This document shows, piece after piece, positions 30,222-39,878 of a stretch of DNA of 64,000 nt. The translations under genes and the position numbers were made by a program. Position 1 is the first letter of the stretch; each line of letters starts with the position of its first letter. The notes below the pieces were generated by a model. The model was not told where the DNA came from and did not search any database. It saw nothing but the letters and a program-made list of their open reading frames with translations. Origin of the DNA: Candidatus Bathyarchaeia archaeon (lineage in GTDB: Archaea; Thermoproteota; Bathyarchaeia; Bathyarchaeales; Bathycorpusculaceae); the NCBI GenBank assembly GCA_050012255.1, contig JBEKHN010000004.1, positions 32,001 to 96,000 of the forward strand. The letters run 5' to 3'.

Positions 30222-31016
30222 CTATTTGCCTTTAAACTCGGCCTTTCGCTTGGAGAAGAAAGCTTCTACGCCTTCTTTGAGGTCTTCTGTTGAGCATGAC
30301 AGCGCAAAGAGTGCTGCTTCCAGCCGCAACCCAACTTCCAAAGGCACCTGTGTTCCAAAGTTCATTGCGTGCTTCACATATTTCATGGCTATCGGGGGTC
30401 TTTCAGCAAGCTCCTTAGCGATTGTCCTGACCTCGTCTTTAAGCTTCTCGTAGTGGACAACCTTGTGCACTAGACCTATTCTCAGTGCTTCATCGGCTTT
30501 GATCCTGTTTCCAAGCATCACCATTTCCTTAGCCCTCGCTAGACCCACTATCCTGACGAGTCTCTGCGTTCCACCCCATCCTGGGATCAAGCCCAGCCTG
30601 ATCTCTGTATTTCCAAGCTCGACATGTTCGGCCGCTATCCTGAGGTCGCACGCCATTGCAAGTTCGAGGCCACCGCCAAGAGCGTAACCGTTTATAGCAG
30701 CGATGACTGGTTTGGACATTTCTTCAACCTTTCCAAAAGTCTCCTGCCCTTTCCTCGCAGCTTCTTCGGCGTAGACAGGAGTTCCTTTCATCATAGTTAA
30801 GTCTGCGCCCGCACTGAAGGCGCGGTCGCCTTCGCCCGTTATCACAACGCATTTGATGCTTGGGTCGCTTTCTGCAGTGTTGAGCATGTCCAGAAGCTCT
30901 TCGATCATGACAGCGTTGAAAGCGTTGAGGCGTTGAGGTCTATTCAGTATGATCCACAGTGTGCCTTCTTCCCTTTCTATTTTGAGGGTCTCGTATGCTT
31001 TGCTCACACTTTTCAC
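30222..31016 (-). CDS. Enoyl-CoA hydratase
   Basis: AFSAGAD; ALGGGLE; EIRLGLIPGWGGTQRL (both catalytic Glu present). Confidence 0.93.
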   Translation of the reverse strand: MKSVSKAYETLKIEREEGTLWIILNRPQRLNAFNAVMIEELLDMLNTAESDPSIKCVVITGEGDRAFSAGADLTMMKGTPVYAEEAARKGQETFGKVEEMSKPVIAAINGYALGGGLELAMACDLRIAAEHVELGNTEIRLGLIPGWGGTQRLVRIVGLARAKEMVMLGNRIKADEALRIGLVHKVVHYEKLKDEVRTIAKELAERPPIAMKYVKHAMNFGTQVPLEVGLRLEAALFALSCSTEDLKEGVEAFFSKRKAEFKGK

Positions 31017-31066
31017 CTATTTCCTTGTTTGTTTCATCTGCATATATGATTTTTTCACTTAGCCCT

Positions 31067-32221
31067 CTAATACTTGCTCAGAAGATACTTTAGCACCTGC
31101 AGCTTTTGAATCTCGCTTGTTCCCTCGTAAATTTCAGTTATCTTTGCGTCTCTATGGTATTTTTCAACGCGGTATTCACCGAAGTATCCGTAGCCTCCTA
31201 AGGTTTGGATTGCCGAGTTCGTAGCTTCCATTGCAACGTGGCTTGCGTAGTATTTCGCCATAGCTGTTGCCATAGCATCCAGTTTTCCTTCGTCAACCAA
31301 AGCTGCAGCCTTGTAGGTGAGTAACCTTGCAGCTTCGATCTTTGTTGCCATCTCTGCTAACGTGACTCCTATTGCTTCGTGCTGCATTATCGGCATGCCG
31401 AAGGCTTCTCGCTGTTTAGCATACTTGAAGGCAATTTCCCATGCTCCCTGCGCCATGCCAACGGCTTGTGCAGCAACGCCTACTCTGGTCTTGTCGAAGA
31501 ACTCCATAGAATAGTAGAATCCCTTGTTCAGTTCTCCTATTATGTTCCAGTCTGTCACTTTGACGTTGCTGAAGTTTAGCTCCCCAGTTATGGATGCTCT
31601 GATTCCCATCTTGTTGTGCAGTTTCGTGGCTTCAAGGCCGGGTGTTCCCTTGTCAACCACAAACAGTGTTTCGCCACGGTGTGTAGGTCTGATCTTAGTG
31701 TCTGTTTGGGTCAGAACGACTATGAAATCCGCAACCGTGGCGTTTGTGATGAAGGTTTTCGGTCCGTTTATCCACCATTCGTTTCCATACTTGGTGGCTG
31801 TGGTTTCCATGTGGTTTATGTCGCTTCCGCTGACGTTTGGTTCAGTGAACGCTGCAGCAGACATGAAGTCGCCTCTGCATATCGGGGGCAAATACGTCTC
31901 TTTCTGCTCTTTGCTTCCGTGAGTCATGATGAATTCGCTGCCAAAGTTTCCGCTTGAGATAGCAACGCCAAACGATGAGTCTCCGCGGCACATTTCCTCT
32001 ATTGCTATGCAGGTTTCAAGTAGGCCGAAGCCTTGTCCACCGTATTCTTCTGGGAACATCATGCTCGTAAAACCCAGTTTGGCCGCTTGCTTGTACAGTT
32101 CCGTTGGGAACTCTTCTTTCTTATCGAGCTCCAAAGCTAATTCCGGTTTGAACTCTTTCTGGCAGAACTCTCGTACCGCGTTTTTGATGTGCAATTGTTC
32201 TTCTGTCAAATCAAACTTCAC
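31067..32221 (-). CDS. Acyl-CoA dehydrogenase
   Basis: FTEP..GSD; QTLGGYGY; IYEGTSE. Confidence 0.95.
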   Translation of the reverse strand: MKFDLTEEQLHIKNAVREFCQKEFKPELALELDKKEEFPTELYKQAAKLGFTSMMFPEEYGGQGFGLLETCIAIEEMCRGDSSFGVAISSGNFGSEFIMTHGSKEQKETYLPPICRGDFMSAAAFTEPNVSGSDINHMETTATKYGNEWWINGPKTFITNATVADFIVVLTQTDTKIRPTHRGETLFVVDKGTPGLEATKLHNKMGIRASITGELNFSNVKVTDWNIIGELNKGFYYSMEFFDKTRVGVAAQAVGMAQGAWEIAFKYAKQREAFGMPIMQHEAIGVTLAEMATKIEAARLLTYKAAALVDEGKLDAMATAMAKYYASHVAMEATNSAIQTLGGYGYFGEYRVEKYHRDAKITEIYEGTSEIQKLQVLKYLLSKY

Positions 32222-33408
32222 TTGTAGAACCCCCTTCCAACTTTCTTCCCAGCCCAGCCTTTGCCCACGTACTCTTCAAGAAGTGGACACGGCCTGTACA
32301 TTTCCATGTTGTACTTGCCCTGAAGCTCTTTAAGCTTGTTGACAACTGTGTCTAGACCAATACGGTCTGCGTATTCACATGGACCTGAAGGCCAGAACGT
32401 GCCCAGCTTCATTCCAGCGTCTATGTCTTCTGGGTTGGCAGCATCATCGTGAATGATCCATGCGGCCTCGTTTGCAGCAACTGCCCATGACCTTTCCACG
32501 TCATATTCGTCCAACAGGTTGAAGGGTATTCTCGGTCGGCCCTTCGTCCAGTCGTAGAATCCTACGCCCGTTTTCTGGCCGAACTTCTTTTCCTTTATGA
32601 GGGGGTCGACGACTTCTGAGCATGGCTTGAAGCGTTCGCCGTAGGCCTCGTACAGGATGTTGCCGACTTCATAGGCTATGTCTAGACCGACAAAGTCTGC
32701 CAGTTCAAACCATCCCATTGGAAAGCCGCCTGTATACTTGACCGAAGAGTCTATTCCTTCCTTGGTTGCTTCTCCCTGCTTGTAGGCCCAGAACGCCTCG
32801 TTAAACACGGCTCCAAGCACACGGTTCACTATAAAGCCTCGCACGTCCTTTCTCACCACTATCGGAGTTTTTCCGAGTTTCTTTGCGAGTTCGGAAAGCG
32901 TTGTAATCGTTTCCTGGCTTGTGTTTTCTCCTTTGATGACTTCGATCAGCGTCATCATCATTGGTGGATTAAAGAAGTGCATTCCTGCAACTTTGTCCGG
33001 GCGCTTGGTTGCCTTGCCCATTTCTGTTATGCTCAGTGTTGACGTGTTGGAGGCGAGTATTGCATGGGCAGGTGCTGTTGAGTCTAGTGTGGCAAAGACT
33101 TTCTTCTTCAGGTCCATTTGTTCTGGCACTGCTTCGATGGCCATGTCTATGTCCTTGGCGGCTTGTTCATAACTGGTCGTCGTTCTTATTCTTGCCAGCG
33201 CAGCGTCAGCGTCTTCTCGTCTTATTCTTTTCTTTTCAACGAATTTGTCCAAGCTCCACTTGATTTTTTCCTTGCCTTTCTGGAGAAGGTCATCGCTTAC
33301 GTCGACCATTGTTACTTCATATCCCGTCATTGCAAGCGCTTCGGCGATGCCGTGGCCCATTGCTCCGGAGCCTATAATTGCCATTTTTTTCAGTTTCTCA
33401 CCTGCCAA
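32218..33408 (-). CDS. 3-hydroxyacyl-CoA dehydrogenase (two C-terminal domains)
   Basis: GSGAMGHG, EAVPE, SNTS, GMHFFNP, GFIVNR. TTG start behind GGAGG. Confidence 0.94.
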   Translation of the reverse strand: MAGEKLKKMAIIGSGAMGHGIAEALAMTGYEVTMVDVSDDLLQKGKEKIKWSLDKFVEKKRIRREDADAALARIRTTTSYEQAAKDIDMAIEAVPEQMDLKKKVFATLDSTAPAHAILASNTSTLSITEMGKATKRPDKVAGMHFFNPPMMMTLIEVIKGENTSQETITTLSELAKKLGKTPIVVRKDVRGFIVNRVLGAVFNEAFWAYKQGEATKEGIDSSVKYTGGFPMGWFELADFVGLDIAYEVGNILYEAYGERFKPCSEVVDPLIKEKKFGQKTGVGFYDWTKGRPRIPFNLLDEYDVERSWAVAANEAAWIIHDDAANPEDIDAGMKLGTFWPSGPCEYADRIGLDTVVNKLKELQGKYNMEMYRPCPLLEEYVGKGWAGKKVGRGFYK

Positions 33409-33512
33409 AATGATCCCTCCCAACGTTTAATGAATTGCTTGAAGAACGCTAATAAAACTTTTGAACGTATGATCCATGTTAGAAAAACGAATAAGAAGGA
33501 CGGTAGACTTTA

Positions 33513-34667
33513 CTATTGTTGCTTCATCAAATAGTTCGTTATCGTGTACTTCTGCATTTCACTTGTTCCTTCGTAGATCTCGGTTATCTTGGCACATCTG
33601 TGGTAGCGTTCGACGTGATAGTCGGCTAAGTAGCCGTAGCCCCCGAAGATCTGGATCGCGTCGTCTGTGACTTCCATAGCGGCCCTGCTTGCATACGCTT
33701 TGGCCATTGAGGTTGCCACAGCGTTCGGTTTCTCTTTGTCGTAGAGCCAGGCTGCCTTGTACATCATCAGCCGGGCTGACTCTATCTTTATCGCCATCTC
33801 AGCAAGTCTGAAGCCTATTCCTTGGAAGTTGATTATTGGTTGACCGAACTGTTTTCTCGTTTTCGCGTAATTTAGGGCCCGTTCGAATGCGCCTTGTGCC
33901 ATGCCGACTGCTTGGGCGGCTACGGCGATTCTGGTTCCGTCGAAAAGTTCAAGAGTGTAGTAGAAGCCCTTGCACAGTTCTCCTACGACGTTAGCTTCTG
34001 GAACCTTTAAGTCAGCCATGGAAAGCGAACCAGTGACGCATGGTTTGATGCCCATCTTGCCGTGCAGCTTCGTTGCCTCCAGGCCACACATCCCTTTTTC
34101 CGCCAGGAACAGGCTTTGTCCTCTGTGGGAGGGTTGCACGTTGGGATCTGACTGGCACAGTATTATGAAAGTGTCGGCTGTTGTGGCGTTCGTTATGAAC
34201 TCCTTCGCACCGTTTATTGTCCACTCGCTGCCTGTCTTCACAGCGGTTGAATCCATGCGGGTAATGTCACTGCCATGTTCGGGTTCTGTGAAGGCCGCTG
34301 CAGCTATGTGCTCACCTGTTGCCAAGGGCGGGATGTATTTCTTCTTTTGCTCTTCATTCCCGTGTTTCAGCAGCACGTCCGGGATCATTAGGTTTCCAAG
34401 CGAGACAGCAACTCCGAGGCCGGGATCTGCACGGCACATCTCCTCAACAACAAGGCAATCTTCGAAAACTCCGTACCCCTGTCCACAATATTCTTGGGGT
34501 ATTCGCATGCTAGTGAAACCGAGCTGCGCAGCCTTCTTATAGAGGGCCATTGGGAACTCTTCTTTCTGGTCCAACTCCAATGCAAGTTCCGGAGTGAGCT
34601 CCTTCGCACAGAATTCTCGGACAGCCTTCACAATTTCCTTTTGCTCATCGTTCAATTTGAAGTCCAT
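33513..34667 (-). CDS. Acyl-CoA dehydrogenase (paralog of 31067..32221)
   Basis: FTEPEHGSD; QIFGGYGY; IYEGTSE. Confidence 0.95.
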   Translation of the reverse strand: MDFKLNDEQKEIVKAVREFCAKELTPELALELDQKEEFPMALYKKAAQLGFTSMRIPQEYCGQGYGVFEDCLVVEEMCRADPGLGVAVSLGNLMIPDVLLKHGNEEQKKKYIPPLATGEHIAAAAFTEPEHGSDITRMDSTAVKTGSEWTINGAKEFITNATTADTFIILCQSDPNVQPSHRGQSLFLAEKGMCGLEATKLHGKMGIKPCVTGSLSMADLKVPEANVVGELCKGFYYTLELFDGTRIAVAAQAVGMAQGAFERALNYAKTRKQFGQPIINFQGIGFRLAEMAIKIESARLMMYKAAWLYDKEKPNAVATSMAKAYASRAAMEVTDDAIQIFGGYGYLADYHVERYHRCAKITEIYEGTSEMQKYTITNYLMKQQ

Positions 34668-34684
34668 AATCCTCTTTCTCCCGT

Positions 34685-35680
34685 TTAGGAGCTTGTTTTC
34701 TTTGTTTGAAGCTCATATACTTTGCTTTTCAATGCAGGTACCACTTTGAAGAGGTCGTCGACAATGCCGTAGTCCGAGAAGCTGAAGATGGGTGCTTTGG
34801 GGTCCTTGTTTATGGCTATGATGAGGTCTGAGCTTTTCATCCCCAGGACATGTTGGAAGGCGCCGCTTATGCCCACGGCGATGTAGAGCTTGGGCTTCAC
34901 AGTTTTTCCAGATGTGCCGACTTGGCGGTCGGTAGGCAGCCAGCCCTTGTCTACGATTGGGCGAGAGCACGAGAGTACTGCACCTAGGGTTTTTGCAAGC
35001 TCTTCCATTATTGGCATGTTAGCCGCGTCCTTTATTCCCCGACCGATGCCGACCAGTTTGTCTGCAGCTGTGATGTCAACTCCGCCTGGAGGCGGCAAAA
35101 CGTATTGCAGGAACCGTTTTTCTTGTATCTCTTCCGTGAGCGGAGAGGCAATTTCCGTTATTCGTCCGTTTGCAGGAGGCATCGGTTTCTGGGGGGCGAA
35201 GGTTGCCTGACGGATGGTCGCGATGTAAGTTTCGGCCTTGCGGATGTTGGCTTGGACGTTCACCTTGCCGCCGTACATCTGTCTGGTAATTGTGAACGCT
35301 CCGCTTTCAAAAGCTATGTCTATGCAGTCTGTGGCCAGTGGCTGGTTCAAGCCAGTTGCGAGTCTTGGAGCTAGGTCCACGCCATATGAGGTGTGTCCCA
35401 TTAGCAACAGCAAGGGCCTATGCGCGGTGATCAGGGTTGTGAGGATTTTCCTGTAAGCTTCAGAGTTGAAGTTCTCAAGCTTGGGATCTTCAATGAACAA
35501 CACGTTCTTTGCGTATTCTGCCAGACTCTTGGCGTGTTCTTTTACGGTTTTTCCCAGCAGAACAGCGTTGAGCTCTGCACCAGTGTTTTCTGAGAGCTCT
35601 CTGGCTTTTGTGAGCATTTCGAAGGTTATGTCTCTCATCTGTCCCTGTCTGTGTTCGGCCAAAACGAAAATCTCTGTCAT
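34685..35680 (-). CDS. etfA: Electron transfer flavoprotein alpha subunit
   Basis: SRPIVD.GW; QVG.SGK; GISGAFQH; AINKD..APIF. Confidence 0.95.
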   Translation of the reverse strand: MTEIFVLAEHRQGQMRDITFEMLTKARELSENTGAELNAVLLGKTVKEHAKSLAEYAKNVLFIEDPKLENFNSEAYRKILTTLITAHRPLLLLMGHTSYGVDLAPRLATGLNQPLATDCIDIAFESGAFTITRQMYGGKVNVQANIRKAETYIATIRQATFAPQKPMPPANGRITEIASPLTEEIQEKRFLQYVLPPPGGVDITAADKLVGIGRGIKDAANMPIMEELAKTLGAVLSCSRPIVDKGWLPTDRQVGTSGKTVKPKLYIAVGISGAFQHVLGMKSSDLIIAINKDPKAPIFSFSDYGIVDDLFKVVPALKSKVYELQTKKTSS

Positions 35681-35681
35681 G

Positions 35682-36470
35682 TTAAATTAACCCCCTCGAC
35701 TTGAGGATCTCAGCAATCTTGGCTGCAACCTCGTCTGGGCTTCCCTTCAGAAACTCGGCCTGTTTCGCTGCTGGTGGAACATACATCTTTTCTATAGTTG
35801 TCCATGAACCCGCTGGGCCAACGTCGTTTTCAGTTAAGCCCGTGTCGGCAAGCGCCATCACCTTGATCTCTTTCTGCATAGCTTTTCGAATTCCCATTAT
35901 CGAGACATACCTTGGCTCGTTTATCCCCGTCTGCACGGAAAAAAGCGCGGGTAGTTTAACTTCAACCTGCTCTTCCAAGCCTCCTTCAAGTTCACGGTTG
36001 ACTTTAGCCACACCTGGGCCCAGCTCGATTTTCTTTACCATCGTCGCGTGGGGGATATTGAGCAGCTCTGCGAGTATTGGCCCAACTACTGCGCTTCCGT
36101 CATCACCCGCCTGCATTCCAGTCAGGATCAAGTCGTAATGCAGGCTCTTTATTGCACTGTGCAGTATCTTTGCGACCGCATAGCCATCGGAGCCGTTGAA
36201 CTTTTGGTCGGTCATCCTGATCGCCTTGTCCGCTCCCCGAGCCATGCATTTTCGAAGCGTACTGTCTGAGTCGTCGCCGCCTAATGTTATCGCCGTGACT
36301 GTTCCCCCTTGCTTCTCTTTTATCCGTACAGCTTCTTCCAGTGCGTAGTCGTCCCACTCGTTGATGTCGAAGACCAAGCCCGTCCTGTCTATGCTCTTTC
36401 CCGTAGCGTCGATCTTCAGTTCCGCCTCCGCCGTCTCTGGAACATGTTTGGCGCATACAATTATGTCCAA
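35682..36470 (-). CDS. etfB: Electron transfer flavoprotein beta subunit
   Basis: IIVCAKHVP; INEWDDYALEEA; NEPRY. Confidence 0.95.
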   Translation of the reverse strand: MDIIVCAKHVPETAEAELKIDATGKSIDRTGLVFDINEWDDYALEEAVRIKEKQGGTVTAITLGGDDSDSTLRKCMARGADKAIRMTDQKFNGSDGYAVAKILHSAIKSLHYDLILTGMQAGDDGSAVVGPILAELLNIPHATMVKKIELGPGVAKVNRELEGGLEEQVEVKLPALFSVQTGINEPRYVSIMGIRKAMQKEIKVMALADTGLTENDVGPAGSWTTIEKMYVPPAAKQAEFLKGSPDEVAAKIAEILKSRGLI

Positions 36471-36664
36471 GTCAACTTGACTCTCCTACATGGTGAGTCT
36501 GTTTCACACTCGTTTTCATATAACTTTTGCCTGACAGAATGCTCTTTCGATATCTAGCAATCATGGATCGTGCTAGCTCCGCCTTTGACATTTGCTGGCT
36601 TCAATGGCTTCAGCAGGTGTTAGCGCGCGCGGTTTTTAAGCAAGCTATGTAGTAGTCTTGGTCT

Positions 36665-38314
36665 GTGAAGCAGACAGGGATTGTAGTATTCATTTTGTCT
36701 ATGGTTATGGTTCTGGTAGTTGGTATTGATCCGTCCGTTTTTGTGTTTCACAGCCCGCGCGTTATTGCAGACCAGAATGTGGACTGGTGGCCCATGCGCC
36801 AGCATGATTTGGCCCACACTGGATATTCAACTTCAACAGCACCCCTTACAAACCGAACCCGATGGACCTACAGTGTCGGCTTTGGGGGAGCAGTCAGTTC
36901 CTCAGCCGCCGTCGAGGATGGCAAAGTGTACGTCGGATCATATGACGACCGAGTTTATGCTTTGAATGCTACGACGGGCTCACAAGTGTGGAACTACACG
37001 ACAGGTAGCTGGGTGGTCTCTTCGCCTGCCGTTGCCGACGGTATGGTTTTCGTCGGATCGTGGGATAACAATCTTTACGCTTTGAACGCTTCTACAGGGG
37101 CCCTGGTGTGGAATTACACGACAGGCAGCCACGTGTATTCTTCTCCTGCTGTTGCTGGTGGTAGGGTTTACGTGGGGTCAGATGATCACAATGTTTACTG
37201 TTTGGATGCTTCGACTGGGGCTTTGGTGTGGAACTACACCACAGGTAACTGGGTATCTTCTTCTCCTGCAGTTGTCAACGACACAGTCTACCTGGGCTCA
37301 GTAGACCACAACGTCTATGCTTTGGACACTGCGAACGGCGCATTAAGATGGAACTACACAACCTCCTCTAGCGTGTATTCTTCTCCCACCGTCGTTGGCG
37401 GCCTAGTCTACGTAGGCTCAGATGACCAAAATGTCTACGCCTTGAACGCAACGAACGGCGCACGCATCTGGAACTACACAACCGGCAACGCAGTGGTTTC
37501 TTCTCCTGCTGTGGCTGGCGGGATGGTCTACGTGGGATCGTATGACGGCAAGGTTTACGCCCTGAACGTTACAACGGGAGCACATATATGGAATTACGCA
37601 ACCAACGGTTTTGTCCTCTCTTCTCCTGCTGTGGCTGGCGACATGGTCTACGAGGGCTCAGATGACGGCAACGCTTATGCCTTGAACGCTACAACAGGCG
37701 CGTTTGTATGGAAATACACAACTGGTCACTGGGTGTTTTCTTCTCCTGCTGTTGCCGAAGGCTCGGTCTACGTGGGCTCAGGTGACGGCAAGGTTTATGC
37801 TTTTGGTCCAGTGCACGATGTGGCAGTGACGGATGTTGCATGCTCCAAAACTGTCGTCGGTCAAGGCTACGGCCTAGACATAACCGTTTATGCAGCAGAC
37901 TTGGGCAGCTACCCTGAAGCCTTCAACGTTACGGTTTATGCCAACACAAGTGCTGTTGCGTCACAAATCGTCACCTTGTCAAGCGGTAACTCCGCTGATG
38001 TCACCTTAACTTGGAAGGCCGCGGGATTGGTTTATGGCAACTACACGATAAGCGCCTGTGCTCTGCCAGTTTTAAGCGAAGCAAACGTCACCAATAATAA
38101 TTTCACGTATGGCCCTGTTAGCGTGACCATCCCAGGCGATGTTGACGGCAACGGCATAGTCGACAAAAATGACGCGACACTCTTAGCGAACGCCTTCAAC
38201 TCAAACCCTGCTTGTTCAAACTGGAACCCAAACGCCGACGTCAACAACGATTCGGTCGTTGACATCTACGATGCTATTCTGACCGCAAACCACTTCAACC
38301 AACACTACCCATAA
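36665..38314 (+). CDS. Secreted PQQ-like beta-propeller protein with CARDB-like Ig domain and dockerin/EF-hand-like tail
   Basis: Signal peptide; WPM..HD..HTG; about 8 SSPAV/VYVGS repeats; HDVAV; PGDVDGNG..D..D and DVNND..VDIYD. Confidence 0.88.
   Translation: MKQTGIVVFILSMVMVLVVGIDPSVFVFHSPRVIADQNVDWWPMRQHDLAHTGYSTSTAPLTNRTRWTYSVGFGGAVSSSAAVEDGKVYVGSYDDRVYALNATTGSQVWNYTTGSWVVSSPAVADGMVFVGSWDNNLYALNASTGALVWNYTTGSHVYSSPAVAGGRVYVGSDDHNVYCLDASTGALVWNYTTGNWVSSSPAVVNDTVYLGSVDHNVYALDTANGALRWNYTTSSSVYSSPTVVGGLVYVGSDDQNVYALNATNGARIWNYTTGNAVVSSPAVAGGMVYVGSYDGKVYALNVTTGAHIWNYATNGFVLSSPAVAGDMVYEGSDDGNAYALNATTGAFVWKYTTGHWVFSSPAVAEGSVYVGSGDGKVYAFGPVHDVAVTDVACSKTVVGQGYGLDITVYAADLGSYPEAFNVTVYANTSAVASQIVTLSSGNSADVTLTWKAAGLVYGNYTISACALPVLSEANVTNNNFTYGPVSVTIPGDVDGNGIVDKNDATLLANAFNSNPACSNWNPNADVNNDSVVDIYDAILTANHFNQHYP
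36860..37810 (+). repeat. Intragenic tandem repeat of about 120 bp (40 aa), about 8 copies
   Basis: TCTTCTCCTGC-like units recur at 37021, 37141, 37261, 37381, 37501, 37621 and 37741. Confidence 0.9.
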
Positions 38315-38479
38315 CTCATATGATTGCTCTTCTCTTCAAACCTCTTTCTCCTCTGAAAGCAAGAGGGCAGTTGCTTCTTGGGAGATTCAAACACGCTTCT
38401 ACCGTAGGAGAAGGACGATTATCACCATGAATGTCATTCCGGTGTTGGCTTCGACAGACAATGTCCCGTTGGATTAGTA

Positions 38480-38720
38480 TCTCGTGACACTGACAGACGT
38501 ATATTCAGGGGCGAATGTATCTGCTTCCGAGAACCTTGGCATTTAGAGAATTATGGCAACTTCCACAGTTGGCTCTTTTTGGGAGGAGTTCAAATCTGAA
38601 GACTTGGTGTTCATCGATCAATTCATAGACAGAACAACCAAGCGGGAACAGTCGTTTTGCACACAAGGACAGGTCTGCTACGCATCGCTCGCTGAACCAG
38701 TGTGCCCAAGAACTCAACGG
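38480..38720 (+). pseudogene. Degraded fragment of methylthioadenosine/purine nucleoside phosphorylase (MTAP family)
   Basis: ANVSASENLGI*RIMATSTVGS..EEFK..DLVFIDQFIDRT...SF.......SLAEPVCP resembles the MTAP core; internal stop; both ends missing. Confidence 0.75.
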
Positions 38721-38776
38721 AGCCCAAGCGACACGCGCGTCACGGAGACTAGGACCAGATCCTTGCGATTCCTGGG

Positions 38777-39160
38777 CTAGGCTTCGCTTTCTTTCTCCAC
38801 CGTGTTGTCTACAACTTTGATCCATTTGGTCGCCAGAATCTGGGCAAAATCCTTGCTCTTAGGGTCGAGATCTGTTCCGACAAGGTGCCAATGATCGTTT
38901 ATCGTTGCAAACGTCGTGTCCATTATCACAAACTTGGGAGTATAGCTGAAGACTTTCTTCCCTATGTCAGAAAGCAGGTCCAGAGCACGTTCAAAAGCCT
39001 TGTAGGGTATGGTGTGTTCATGCTGCTTGTACACTATCATTATTCTTTCCTTGTGTCCCTTCAAATTCTTGGTTCTCAAAACTAAGAATGACTTGTCCTC
39101 GTAGTAGATTTTCTCCTTTTTCAGATCAAGTCTGCACAGAGGGCATTGCACAGTCTTCAA
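38777..39160 (-). CDS. HIT-like family protein (degenerate HIT motif)
   Basis: N-terminal CPLC..IYYED; DHWHLV. TTG start behind GAGGTG. Confidence 0.6.
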   Translation of the reverse strand: MKTVQCPLCRLDLKKEKIYYEDKSFLVLRTKNLKGHKERIMIVYKQHEHTIPYKAFERALDLLSDIGKKVFSYTPKFVIMDTTFATINDHWHLVGTDLDPKSKDFAQILATKWIKVVDNTVEKESEA

Positions 39161-39245
39161 CTCGCACACCTCAGTGAACACTATTCTGGTGCTCACAGTA
39201 TAAAAGAACTTTTCAACTCTTCCGCTTTGCAATCAGCTAACGTAG

Positions 39246-39533
39246 TTACCTGTCGAAGAGGCAGTGCAGCAACTCAAGCAGAACGAAAAGTACTCCAACG
39301 TAGTAGAACAGAAATCCGAAGAAAGTGTAGTGTTCCCAGATGACGAAACCGGCTAGTCCTGCGGCAAAACATCCAATACTCAAGAATGTCAGAAACAAGA
39401 TGTCGATGTTTTCCATGACTCTGTGTTTTGGCACTTTTTCTATGAACAACAGAAACCTCAAAGTGTCATTTTCCAACACGCGCTTCTTTGCACTTTTGAA
39501 GAAAGAAAGGGGCTTGCGACCTTCCATACGCAC
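39246..39533 (-). CDS. Small hypothetical membrane protein (start uncertain, possibly at MENIDILF)
   Basis: Two hydrophobic segments in the C-terminal half. Confidence 0.5.
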   Translation of the reverse strand: MRMEGRKPLSFFKSAKKRVLENDTLRFLLFIEKVPKHRVMENIDILFLTFLSIGCFAAGLAGFVIWEHYTFFGFLFYYVGVLFVLLELLHCLFDR

Positions 39534-39540
39534 ACGCTCG

Positions 39541-39642
39541 CTAAGCCCAAGCTGGCACTTCGCCCCAAATAGTCTTCAAAAAGAAACAGACTGCAAAAAA
39601 CACTAAGGGCAAGGTTCTCACGGCTAACAGTTTCCACCTCAT
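39541..39642 (-). CDS. Small 33-aa hydrophobic peptide (MRWKLLAVRTLPLVFFAVCFFLKTIWGEVPAWA)
   Basis: Manual read; AGGAGG SD just upstream of the ATG. Confidence 0.45.
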   Translation of the reverse strand: MRWKLLAVRTLPLVFFAVCFFLKTIWGEVPAWA

Positions 39643-39878
39643 GCTAGGTCCCTCCTATTCTTGACGGTGAAAGGCGCCCGCCTTTTTTCGCCGCAAACCA
39701 CAGATATGCACAGGAAATTGACTTAACGATAAGTGCGTAGACGATGTGACAGACAGTTAATGTACATTCAGACAGAAAAAGAGTCAACAAACCATGTCGT
39801 CATGTTGGGCCCTCATCAACCTGAACCTTCAATTCAGATTCAGTATTCATAAGCATAAAGTATGTCCTTCATCAGAAC

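Noticed and set aside
36860-37810. Regularly spaced repeats resembling a CRISPR array
   Set aside because: In-frame 120-bp coding repeats with mutually similar intervening sequence; no cas genes.
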